A stretch of DNA of 64,000 nt from Hamiltosporidium tvaerminnensis FI-OER-3-3 (taxonomy: Eukaryota; Fungi; Microsporidia): assembly GCA_022605425.2 (NCBI GenBank), contig CM061253.1, positions 248,001 through 312,000 on the forward strand, written 5' to 3'. Made by a program: the position numbers and the translations under genes. Positions 41,395 through 51,684 of the stretch are shown here, in pieces (the stretch's first letter is position 1; each line of letters opens with the position of its first letter). The notes below the pieces were generated by a model. It was not told where the DNA came from and searched no databases. It was given only the letters and a program-made list of their open reading frames with translations.

Positions 41395-41561
41395 TTATTT
41401 AGTTATTTAGTTATTTAGTTATTTAGCCATTATACTTATTTAGCCATTATACTTATTTAGTTATTTAGTTATTTAGTTATTTAGTTATTTAGTTATTTAG
41501 TTATTTAGTTATTTAGTTATTAAGTTATTTAGTTATTTAGTTATTTAGTTATTAAGTTATT
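41395..41561. repeat. (TTATTTAG)n 8-mer microsatellite with TTATTAAG variants and two CCATTATAC interruptions
   Basis: Directly visible tandem array; abuts the 3' end of the LINE-like fragment at 41567-41762. Confidence 0.95.
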
Positions 41562-41566
41562 CCTAA

Positions 41567-41762
41567 TTTACCTCTTGGTGTCGAAGATGACAAAAAAGAA
41601 TTTTTCTATTTGTTTCTTTTAATCTGTTATAACTTGGAATTATATCGGATTGGCCTATAGATCCAGTATTTTTTATATCTCACTAAAATGGAAAGCATGA
41701 TTATATTACCAATTTTCACGTTCATTGCCAAGCAGATAGTTTTTAATGCCTTATCCTCTCTC
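41567..41762 (-). mobile_element. LINE-like 3' fragment, subfamily B
   Basis: Homologous to 32925-33125. Minus strand ends gac acc aag agg TAA and runs into the (AACTAAAT)n array. Confidence 0.6.
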
Positions 41763-42753
41763 TACGGAAAAGATAATAATTAAAATTCAAATCTTTAAAG
41801 ATAATCGTTTAAAATTTCCCTTTTTTTTCCTAATTAATATATAACTAAAATTCGAATTGTAAATCAAAATAAGTTTCTTTAAATTGAAAATTCTTTTTAA
41901 GACTCTAATCTATAAATCTATAAAACGTAAATGAAAATTAAAAGAAATTTATATATTAAGTCAGAAATGAAAAGGAATATTCTTTTTAATGATCTAATCT
42001 TTAAATCTATAGAACGTAAAAAGAAACTTATATATTAAGAATAGAAGTAAATTAGAATATTCTTTTTAATGATATAATCTTTAAAACGTAAAAAAAATCA
42101 CACGAAGAGTAAAAGTAGCTTAAAATATTTATAATTTTAAAATAACGAACGAAAATGTCTAAAAAAAAGATGAGAAAGATGAGCTTTATGTTTAGAAACA
42201 ACCATTTATTTTTTTCTATTGAAATACAAAGTTATAGAAAAAAAATAAGAAAAATTTTTTAAATAAAAGTTATATTAAAGAATAATCAAATATAATTGTA
42301 TTGTCTAGAAATATTATAACTAATATAACGTAAATACACTCATTAATAAAATATTTTTTTTGATAATTAAATACTTAAAAATAAAAATTTAATTAAAAAA
42401 TATTTTAAAAAAATTCTAATTTCAAAAAAAAATATGTAATATTACCAATTCCAATTATATTTCTATATCACAAAGATAAGAAATCATATAATATTCTAAT
42501 TTCATACAAAAATGGTTTAAATGAATTCTTATTTCATAAAATATAAAGATTTCAATTATATTTTGATAGATATAACAAATCTAATTAAATATTTAAATTA
42601 AATTCCAAATTTATCTATATATAGTAGAATAATTTGAACAGAATTGATTTTGAAACCATTATTTGACAGTTAAAAAGAAAAATATAAATATAACGGACAT
42701 CAAATCAGATAAAAAATACAAAAAAATTTTATTATTTAATATATTTTATTAAG

Positions 42754-42950
42754 GTGAGTATATATACATCTACTATTAATGCATCTACTATTCCTGCAAC
42801 TACTATTCATACAATACTCTGTATTAAATTATTTCTCATTCTTTATACAAAATATTTACATATTTAACATTTAATTAATCAATATTGATAAATAAGTTAA
42901 TATATCTAAATAAGTATAATTACCATACTTTGCTAATCTATTTAATATAG
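42754..42950 (+). other. Candidate 197-nt spliceosomal intron in the 5' UTR of the zinc-finger gene
   Basis: AAG|GTGAGT at 42754, branch-like TGCTAAT at 42931-42937, TAG| at 42948-42950, 16 nt upstream of the ATG. Confidence 0.45.
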
Positions 42951-42966
42951 ACGTACACCCTCTATA

Positions 42967-43893
42967 ATGTGTATAAAAAAGAAAGACAAAATTAAGTATA
43001 TTAAGTACATGCAGACAAGTCACGATATAAACAAATATTATTTTGATCAGAGAAAACTTTATATGAGTGAAGACCAACTTATATATGAATATGCTTTATT
43101 ATTTTTAGAAGATAGAGTTATATTAGGATTAGAAGAAGATATTGAAGAAGGTATTAAAGAAGAAAGTGATATGATAGATTATGTATCTATGTTTTATAAA
43201 GAAGATACAAATTTATATTCTAATGATAATACCGGTAATAAGGATATATATTTGTATCCCTACAATAATTATACCTTAAACAGTAAATATACTTTAAATA
43301 CCAGTAATAGCGATAGTATTTCACCCTACAATCCCTACAATAATTTTACGTTTAATAATTCTAAGATAAAATATTCTCCGTTTTACCAATTTAATTCCAC
43401 ACCAAAATCAAAGATTTGTATAAAAAAAGAAAAAGGTTTAAAGAGAGAGAAGAGTTTAGAAAGAGATATGAGTAAATGGAGGAAAGGAAGTATAAATAAA
43501 GAAAAAAGTATAGGAAGATATAAAAGTATAAATAATGAGAAAAGTTTAGAAAGAGATATTAGTATAAGAAGAAGTATAGGAAGATATAAAAGTATAAATA
43601 ATGAGAAGAGTTTAGAAAGAGATATTAGTATAAGAAGAAGTATAGGAAGATATAAAAGTATAAATAATGAGAAGAGTTTAGAAAGAAAAAATATAAAATT
43701 TTATTATTGTAGTGTACCTTTTTGTACGAAGATATATACATCTTCTAATGGTCTAGGATACCATAAAAAACACGGACATAAAAAAGTTGAATTTAAAAAG
43801 TTTCGTTGTTTTTATGTTGGATGTATTAAAAGTTATAAGAATTCGAATGGACTTAAATATCATTTGGAAAATGAACATTACCAAGAAAAGTAA
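42967..43893 (+). CDS. C2H2 zinc-finger transcription factor, Sfp1/JAZF1-like C-terminal finger pair
   Basis: CSVPFCTKIYTSSNGLGYHKKHGH and CFYVGCIKSYKNSNGLKYHLENEH (the K.YKN.NGLKYH signature). CCC at 42958-42960 precedes the ATG. Confidence 0.9.
   Translation: MCIKKKDKIKYIKYMQTSHDINKYYFDQRKLYMSEDQLIYEYALLFLEDRVILGLEEDIEEGIKEESDMIDYVSMFYKEDTNLYSNDNTGNKDIYLYPYNNYTLNSKYTLNTSNSDSISPYNPYNNFTFNNSKIKYSPFYQFNSTPKSKICIKKEKGLKREKSLERDMSKWRKGSINKEKSIGRYKSINNEKSLERDISIRRSIGRYKSINNEKSLERDISIRRSIGRYKSINNEKSLERKNIKFYYCSVPFCTKIYTSSNGLGYHKKHGHKKVEFKKFRCFYVGCIKSYKNSNGLKYHLENEHYQEK
43507..43686 (+). repeat. In-frame 66-bp coding tandem repeat (~2.7 units of SIGRYKSINNEKSLERDISIRR)
   Basis: Near-identical units visible in both DNA and protein. 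Confidence 0.95.
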
Positions 43894-43959
43894 AAAATAT
43901 AAGAGAATAAAAAAAAGGAAATTTTAAAATACGTTTTAATATTTAGGATAGTAAAAAAA

Positions 43960-44175
43960 AAATATATTATTTAGGAGAGTAAAATTTTTAATTTAATTTC
44001 ATTTAGGAGAGTAAAATTTTTAATTTTATTTTATTTTAGAGAGTAAAAAAAGGAAATTACAAAATAAAATTTAGTATTTAGGACAATAAAAAATAAATTA
44101 TTTCAGAGAATAAAAAAAAATAAATTATTCCAGAGAATAAAAATTTAAATTATATTATTTAAGAGAATTAAAAAA
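43960..44175. repeat. Degenerate ~30-33 bp AT-rich tandem repeat (ttttaggagagtaaaattttt...)
   Basis: Recurring (g)agagtaaaa/agagaataaaa units downstream of the zinc-finger gene. Confidence 0.7.
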
Positions 44176-44239
44176 GTAAATGAAAGTAAAATGAAATTTA
44201 ATAAAAACTTTTTTATATTCAATAATTTTATTTTAATTT

Positions 44240-47200
44240 TATGCGGGTAGAAGAAAAAAAGTTGACAGCGAAAATATAAACAATGATGAAATAAATGCTC
44301 TAAACAACTCGGAAATTAGTTTTAAAGAGTCAAAAACGTGTGATAGAGATGTATTAACTATATCCGAGACGGTTCCACCAAAACAGATCATCTATAATAA
44401 CACCCACTCCCCATCGAGCAATACGCTTCAGGTTACTTCAATCAGCCTGCTCGATTCCGAAATCCCTTCTTCCTGTCCCGATTCTTCTGCGTGTGGACCA
44501 GCCAACACAATGGAAAACCTCAATGCACCTGCCATTCCAGAAGGAAATCGACTGATGGTATTGCATTCAATACTTGACTCTGTCACAGCCGTAGAGCAAG
44601 AATGGCCAAGATCTGCTATTTCAGCAGTGCAAAAAAGTTTGAGAGAATGCCTAGAAATGACTAGTCTGCGATTCTTAGGTACTATAATGGGAAATTTGGT
44701 CGAACTGTCGATATCGATGTGTTAAAAAAATCAACACATAATGAGGCAGAAAGTGAAACAAGGCAAGAAGAGAATAAAGAGCGACGTAGAATCGCCACTT
44801 GTATCGCTGAGCCATGTTCCTTAACTGACACTACACTCTATATAAACCTGAGAGAAAAGTTCTTGGGTAAAATCAAGGAACTCTCGGAGAATGGAAATCG
44901 GAGATGTAGTGGTCCGAACTAGAAAACTTCCAAGTGAATTGGTTGAAAGTAACGTTTTGGAACTCATAAATCAGATCACATGTGAATATGCTGAATCTCA
45001 TGTGCCTAAGAATGTTAATGATGCAGCTCGAATCATCTAGGCGGCCTAGGTATGCTATGACGAGGAAACACGTAAGGCGAAGCCTAGATCCGCTTGGAAG
45101 GAAAACATAGAAAGTAAAATTTATAAGTTAGTACTTCCAAAGATCTCTCGAGAAGGCTCGTAAGCAGGAAAGGCTCTCTACTTCGGAAACGAAAAGTCTC
45201 AGAAAAATTATGCGAGAGTTTAATTTAGACTTAAGCAAAATAAATGATATCTCTGAGGCTTTGGTTAAGAAGAATGAGACTTTGAATGTGTACGAGAAAA
45301 AACATCCGATTAATGAGAGCAGGGAGAAATTCCGAAAGAGAATCGTCTGTTTGAGCCTATCCGAAGTAGATTTTATCTACGGTTAACTGAGCGCGTTGAA
45401 TCCGAGCATGTGGTTTATCGTGACGAAATTTCAGAATTTTGGTCTCCAATGTGAAACAAAAAAATAAAGTAGTTACATATGATGAGTATTTGATACCTTT
45501 TGTGAAATATACGCAACAGACCACGTTTTCTTCACTTGAAGAGTTTATAGATATTATCAATTTGCTGCCTAACTAAAAAGCTGATGGAATTGATTGTATT
45601 TCTAACTTTTACATCAAGAAACTTACGAGCCTTCATAAATATCTTTCTGATATTGTGAAATTCATGTGTTTAGAAGGAACGCCTCAAGCCGATTGGTATT
45701 ATTGTGGACTTACTTATCTGATACCTAAAGATACACCAAAGACTGGCTCTGATTACAGGACAATAACCTGTATATCAAACCTGTATAAACTGACTACAAA
45801 ATGTGTTTCTAAAGTGGTTTAGGTTTAGGTAGAAAGACGAAAATTACTTTCAGATAATCAGTTAGGAGCGGTTAGAGGAGTGCAAGGAGCGAAATAACAG
45901 GCCTTATTGAATGTTGCCACTAATAAGGAATACGGAAACAATATTAAGGCAACGTGGATTGATGTCAAAAAAGCGTATGATTCAATAGATAAAGCTTATT
46001 TGACACAAGTCATCGAAAACCTTAATTTACCTGATTGGATCCTGAAATTTATTAAGGTAACAATATCAAAATGAAAATCGATATTTTGGTAGGGTCTGAA
46101 AAAAATTATGAACAAAGATATTAATAAAAGGATTCTAGAGGGAGATAGTTTGTCACCATTATTGTTTGTGTTGTGTATGGATCCATTGAGCCGAAAGCTT
46201 AATGAGAAATACTCAAAGGGAACAATAAAGACAGATGCAGAATCTCACGCGACTAATCATCTCTTGTTTATTGATGATCTTAAGCTCCTTGCCGAAGTTG
46301 GGCAAAAATTGCAAGAAATGACGGAGGAGGTTAAAAAGTTTATAAATAATATAGGATTGGATATTAACAAAAAGAAGTCAGACACTAATGATCCATGTTG
46401 TGAAGATACTGCTTCTCTTCTTGAAGGAATAGGTGTGTATAAATACCTTTGAATTATAGAAGATAGCAGAGGAATTGCAAAAAGTAAATCGTTTGAGGAG
46501 GTACAGACTAAACTTATAGCACGTGTAGAAAGACTTTGTCGCACGAGATTAAATGCAAGAAATATATTTTAAGTCATCAATCAACATGCAATTTCTTTAC
46601 TAAACTATCATATAAGTGTACACCGACTAGAACCGGCTGACTTCTCTAAGTTAGATGATGCGGTGCGTGCAGTGCTAGTAAAGAACAAAATACTTCTACG
46701 CCCAGGATGCAAAGAATGTCTATACCTTCCACGTAAAGAACTTGGAAGAGGTTTACATAGTGTCGAGTTCAAAAGCGAACATATGCTTTTGCAGTTCTTG
46801 GATTGTCTGAAAAAACATAAAGATACATCGACCAGAAGAGCAGCAATCCTAAAGGTTGTGAATAATAGTAAAACTCACTTTTCACTAATTAAAAACTTTT
46901 AAAAATAAAATAGGGGTTGAAAGAGGAAGTCACAAAAAAGAAATTGGAAGAAGCTCAACTAGCTAACCTATATAACGAAATCAAAAACCGAAAACTACAT
47001 TCAAAGTTATATAGCGCTAGAAATAACGAGCTGGTAAGTGTAAATGACTCCTCAAGATGGTTAAAGAAAGGAATTGTAAGACTACGTGATTAAGAAGTGT
47101 TCTGCTATATCCATGATAGAAATGTATTCTGGGGTGCAGAAGGTATTTGTCACCACTGCAACCGGTCTAGGAAAACAGTTGATCACTTAGCAACGAGATG

Positions 47201-48000
47201 TGAAAAAATGCTTGGTCATGACTATACTAGACGACATAATGAAGTGGTACGATGTATACATTTACTCTTGCTGAATAAATATAAGTTTAAGTCTTCGAAA
47301 CGAGTTAGAAGCCACTCAGTTCAAGAAATTCTTGATAACGAATATGCAGAGATAAGAGTGGACACCAGAATAAAAACTGATGTCAAGATTCGGTGTAACA
47401 GACCAGATATATTTATTTTAGACAAGAGACAGAATAGGATACCCCTCATTGAAGTAGGAATTACATCCCAAGACTCTCTTCAAATAGTTGAAACAGAGAA
47501 GCTTAGGAAGTATGACCTATTAGCAAATGAGTTAGGTCTTTTTATAAATGCCGTATAGAGATAATTCCTTATGTGATGACCTGGGACGGCATTGTGACAA
47601 AATACCATAAGACGTACGTTAAGAGACTGCAAATACCCATGAATGTAGAGGCATATATACAATCCATAGTACTCAAGAAGATAGTCGAAACAATTTCTTT
47701 TGATCGACGAAGAGGACTTGAGTCTGGTCCAAATGCCGAGTAGAGCTGGGAGAGAGCGTCATTAAGTGTTATTATAGGAGCTGAGATGCATAAACAACTA
47801 ATACCTCCTTTAAAGCAAGTAGACAACGAGGAAGATGATGTTAAAACGGAAAATACAAAAAATATTTTAACCCTTATTTTGGATGGTATAACCACAGCAA
47901 AGGAACCAACAACTAATACAAATGAAGAGTTGGAGTTGGAGGAAGAAATAGAAGTGGTTGAAATGGTGGAAAGAATTATTTAGAAAAGAGAAAAATTTGT
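44240..48000 (+). mobile_element. Non-LTR retrotransposon with restriction-like endonuclease (R2-group, R4/NeSL-like); inactivated by many stops and frameshifts
   Basis: RT motifs DYRTITC.SNLYKL, WIDVKKAYDSI, GDSLSPLLFVLCMDPL, LFIDDL, YKYL, LYLPRKELGRGL; CCHC knuckle CHHC..TVDHLATRC; RHNEVV; RLE nuclease RPDIFILDK..IEVGIT..EKLRKYDLL. Ends are approximate. Confidence 0.93.
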
Positions 48001-48175
48001 TAGCCCAGAATTTTATTAAATAATATTTTTATTATTTCGTATAAATATTAATTAAATTAAAAATTAATAATTCCTTCATAAATTTTAGGAGAAGAGAATC
48101 TAATATAAGGACATATAAAGAAATTAAAAATATTAAAAATAATACATGTTAAGACATATAAAACACTACTAAGGT

Positions 48176-49210
48176 TTATTGGTCAGAAATACTTTTAGGG
48201 GAAATACAACAATAAATAGCATCAGGTAATTCATTTTCAAAACAAACACGATAGACTGTAGTAAACAAAGGAAATTCGTTTTCCTTTCCTTTTCCTTTTA
48301 AATACTCATAAATCTCTTTAGCAGTATCAGGTCCTTGTAATTGCTGTCCACCCATTTTTTCTTTAATTTCTTCTAAAGAAATTTTCTTTCCTATAAATTC
48401 TCCTGCCTTGAAATTTCTACCAGCTAAACACGAAACCATTAAATCAGAAATTCCACACGACTCAAATAAAGTACAATCCTTTCCTTTTCCCAATAATTTA
48501 TAAAAATTACATATTTCTACCAATCCATTCCTTAGAACAGCACAACACGTATTTAATCCACACCCCATTCCTTTACAAATACCATATCCAAGACTAACCA
48601 CATTTTTAAGTGTTCCACACAATTCTACTCCCCATAAATCATCTACAATAGAAACCCTATAAATATTAGAATTAAATAAATTTCTAATAATAATTCCTTC
48701 CTTATCATTAACACCTGATAAAGTACCTTCTGAAATATAACCCTTTGCTACTTCAATAGCTATATTTGCCCCCATTAATACCCCACATGGAATATTAAGA
48801 GTATTTGAAATATATTTAGAAATAAGACCTATATCACCATTACTATAAATAACACCCTTTATAAGTGATAGAGAAATAACACCCTTTTTTAAAGTACCTT
48901 TAATTTGGTTTATAATATTTTTAACAAATTGATGAGGAATTACAAATATTAAAATATCAGAATCATTTAATTCTTTAAGATCAGAAGTAGCCCTTATATT
49001 GGTGGGTAAGTGTATATCAGGTAAGTACTTAGTATTTATATGGGTAGTGTTTATTATTTGTGTAAGTGGTATTTCATTTATATATTCTTCGTATAACCAC
49101 ATTGTTATTTCTGGAGAGTAACTTTTTAAATTTAAAACATTTTCTGCTAAAAGTTTTGCTATTGCTGTACCAAAATTACCGCCACCAACTATAGAAACCT
49201 TAAATTGCAT
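48176..49210 (-). CDS. GPD1: Glycerol-3-phosphate dehydrogenase [NAD+]
   Basis: GGGNFGTAIA Rossmann motif, NTKYLP, FVIPHQF, SLIKG, LMGANIA.EVA, VELCGTLKNVV, ESCGISDL..SCLAGRN, GQQLQG, FPLF. CCC lies directly before the ATG (49211-49213). Confidence 0.98.
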   Translation of the reverse strand: MQFKVSIVGGGNFGTAIAKLLAENVLNLKSYSPEITMWLYEEYINEIPLTQIINTTHINTKYLPDIHLPTNIRATSDLKELNDSDILIFVIPHQFVKNIINQIKGTLKKGVISLSLIKGVIYSNGDIGLISKYISNTLNIPCGVLMGANIAIEVAKGYISEGTLSGVNDKEGIIIRNLFNSNIYRVSIVDDLWGVELCGTLKNVVSLGYGICKGMGCGLNTCCAVLRNGLVEICNFYKLLGKGKDCTLFESCGISDLMVSCLAGRNFKAGEFIGKKISLEEIKEKMGGQQLQGPDTAKEIYEYLKGKGKENEFPLFTTVYRVCFENELPDAIYCCISPKSISDQ

Positions 49211-49224
49211 GGGTTTTAAGAAAA

Positions 49225-49390
49225 AAAGGGAATAAAAAAGTGATTAAGAAAGGGAATATAAAAGTGATTAAAAATGTGAATATAAGAAAGGGAATAAAAA
49301 AGTAATTTATAAGTAATTTATAAGTAATTAACAAAAGAATATAAAAAAGATTTAAAAAGGGAATATAAAAGTAATTTATAAGTAATTAAA
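49225..49390. repeat. Degenerate short tandem repeats in the GPD1 upstream region
   Basis: Recurring aagggaata(a/t)aaaagt(g/a)att and aagtaatttat units. Confidence 0.65.
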
Positions 49391-49559
49391 ATTTAATAAA
49401 AAGTTTTGGAATAAAAAAAATCTAAAAAATTTAAAAAAAGAATTTAAAAGTAAGGAAAAGTTTTTAGATAAAAAAGAAAAATTAAAACAATTAAAAAGTT
49501 TTTCGAAATAGAAAAAGGTGTAGTTTTAACTTAAAACATTCTAAAAATAATAAAAATAT

Positions 49560-49740
49560 ATTATTAGTGAGATTTAATAAAAATATAATATTAGAGAATT
49601 TAATAAAAATATAATATTAGAGAATTTAATAAAAAATAAATTAGAGAATTTAATAAAAATATAATATTAGAGAGATTAATGAAAATATTATTAGAGAGAT
49701 TAATAAAAATATTATTAGAGAATTTAATAAAAATATTAAA
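49560..49740. repeat. ~24-26 bp minisatellite (ttagagaatttaataaaaatataata), ~7 units
   Basis: Directly visible tandem units. Confidence 0.9.
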
Positions 49741-50115
49741 AAATACTTGGAATAAGTCTTAATTATATTTGGAGTTATGAAGCTTAAAATTTTACATTCT
49801 CAAATTACTTTTTATTAAAACCTATCTGTATAAATTATAGGAAAGGGATTAATTCTGTATGGGTCTAAGGCCCTCTTTAAGTCAAATGAACTCTAGATTT
49901 TCACTATAAACGTTTTAAATCTTATACATCTTTTTATTACCTTTCGCTTATGTTTAATTCAACTTTTATTATTTCTAGATATTTATTGATATCATATCTT
50001 TCCCGATAATTGATTTTAATTCTCTAAATAATTGTTTTCCTAAAAAAAATTAGGATTTTCAAATATTAAAATAATTCAAAAAATAATTATTTTAGATTTT
50101 GTTTTTTTACTTTGT

Positions 50116-50279
50116 TAGCTTTTGTACAGCCAAAAAGGTGTATTTGACTTCTGAGTTCTTATATTTAAAAGCCCCTGATGTATAAATTTAATTATAGCTT
50201 TTCTACAGCCAAAAAGGTGTATTTGACTTCTGTTTTAACACTTAAAAGCCCCTGATGTATAAATTTAATTATAGCTTTT
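50116..50279. repeat. 79/77-bp direct tandem duplication
   Basis: tagctttt.tacagccaaaaaggtgtatttgacttctg...aaaagcccctgatgtataaatttaatta occurs twice, starting at 50116 and 50195. Confidence 0.95.
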
Positions 50280-50559
50280 GCTCAATCTTTTTTTTCCTTT
50301 TAAATTTTAGTACAAATTTATAAAGAAAATAAATTCACTTCAAACCCCAATAATGTAATTTATTTAAACAAAAAAGAAAGAGAAGTTCTTACAACATATT
50401 TAAAAATCTGATATTAAACAGAAGTGATTTGATTTCAGAAGATAAAATATTAAAATAATCAATATTATTGTATTCTAAATTTTGTCACTCATATATAAAG
50501 TATTCTAAATGCTAGTATGTAACTATAAAGATTTAAACTTTGTGAAAGATTCATTGGAA

Positions 50560-50820
50560 TTTTTTCTCGATAATCTGATGTTATAGTAGCCATTTAATCT
50601 GATAATTCTCGTTTAATTAAACGACTAGGCATTGTAATCTTTTTTTCTGGTCTAAGTAACAGTTATATATAATATTACTTATTAAAAACCCGCAAGGTTA
50701 AGTTGAACGTGTAAATCAGACCATAAAAATAAAAATATTTAAAAAAAGAAACAGAATATTTGAAAATGATGGGTAGAACATCCTAACAATGTTTTTTACG
50801 CCATAACAAAGCCTTAAATA
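50560..50820 (+). mobile_element. Integrase (rve) relic
   Basis: PQG*VERVNQTIK (cf. PQSQGQVERVNQTIK) at ~50689, followed by WVEHPNNVFYA. Confidence 0.6.
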
Positions 50821-51684
50821 TCGATCAGATACAAGTTTTAATAGTCGCTTTCTTCAATTTCCTTAAGCATAGTTACATACAAAGAAGCGAATACAATGCT
50901 GAGGTATTGAAAATAGTTGATTAAAATATTTTTGATTAAAGCGCGAAGGATATTTTGTTGAGTCTAAAGATGTTTCTGACGTGTATAACTAATCATTTAA
51001 ACCAGATTACATGTAAGTATTAATATTACTCAAAATGCTCTATACTATGGAAAACATATGGCCGACTTAGCATTACCTCTTTAAATCTAGTTTAAAAACG
51101 TTATAATTAACAAAAATAAAATCGTTTTTTAATTATTTTTTGTTTAGAATCATGTCCTACTAAAACTCTTTGGCACAAAAAAAAGAATAAAGAGCAAAGT
51201 CCGCATTTTTTCATCACAAATTCAATTTTTACTGTATAATTTTTAAGATGACCAACAAGTTTAAAGTAAAAATTAGAAAATTTATATTTTAAATGGTGAA
51301 GAATACATAATACACGACTTTGGTGATATTTTTTATAATTTTCGGAATACGTATAAAATTTTAAGAGACTTTTTTTGAATATAATTGAACTAATTTACAA
51401 TAAAATATATTTTAAACTTGAAATCTATTAAATTAAGATTAAAAGATTCCTTCTGTATTTCAAATCTTTTTGGTTTTGAAAAAAACGAAGTGATTCGAAA
51501 TAAAAAGATCTAAGCAATTTAATTAACGGAAGATATAAAAAAATATGAGATTAAAGGTCAGTATATTTAAATTAACACTGGGCATATTAGTTTTTGAGGT
51601 ACTAAATAAAAATAATAAACTATAAAAGAATTGAAAAAGTAAAATAATCGAATTTAAAATAACATTAGATAATAGAATCATGGC

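Noticed and set aside
41395-41561. Possible telomeric repeat or CRISPR array
   Set aside because: The unit is not TTAGG/TTAGGG-like, it is interstitial, has no unique spacers, and the context is eukaryotic.
44900-47750. RIP-like CpA>TpA mutation or stop-codon reassignment suggested by TAG/TAA at likely Gln/Trp positions in the retroelement (e.g. 45038, 45047)
   Set aside because: Stops also arise from likely Glu/Gly codons and frameshifts are present. Stop codons preferentially sample these changes, and the intact genes read normally in the standard code.
50116-50279. CTGATG in the 79-bp duplication as a hammerhead core or C/D snoRNA box
   Set aside because: The sequence is CTGATGT rather than CTGANGA, with no stem II/GAAA and no box C/terminal stem.
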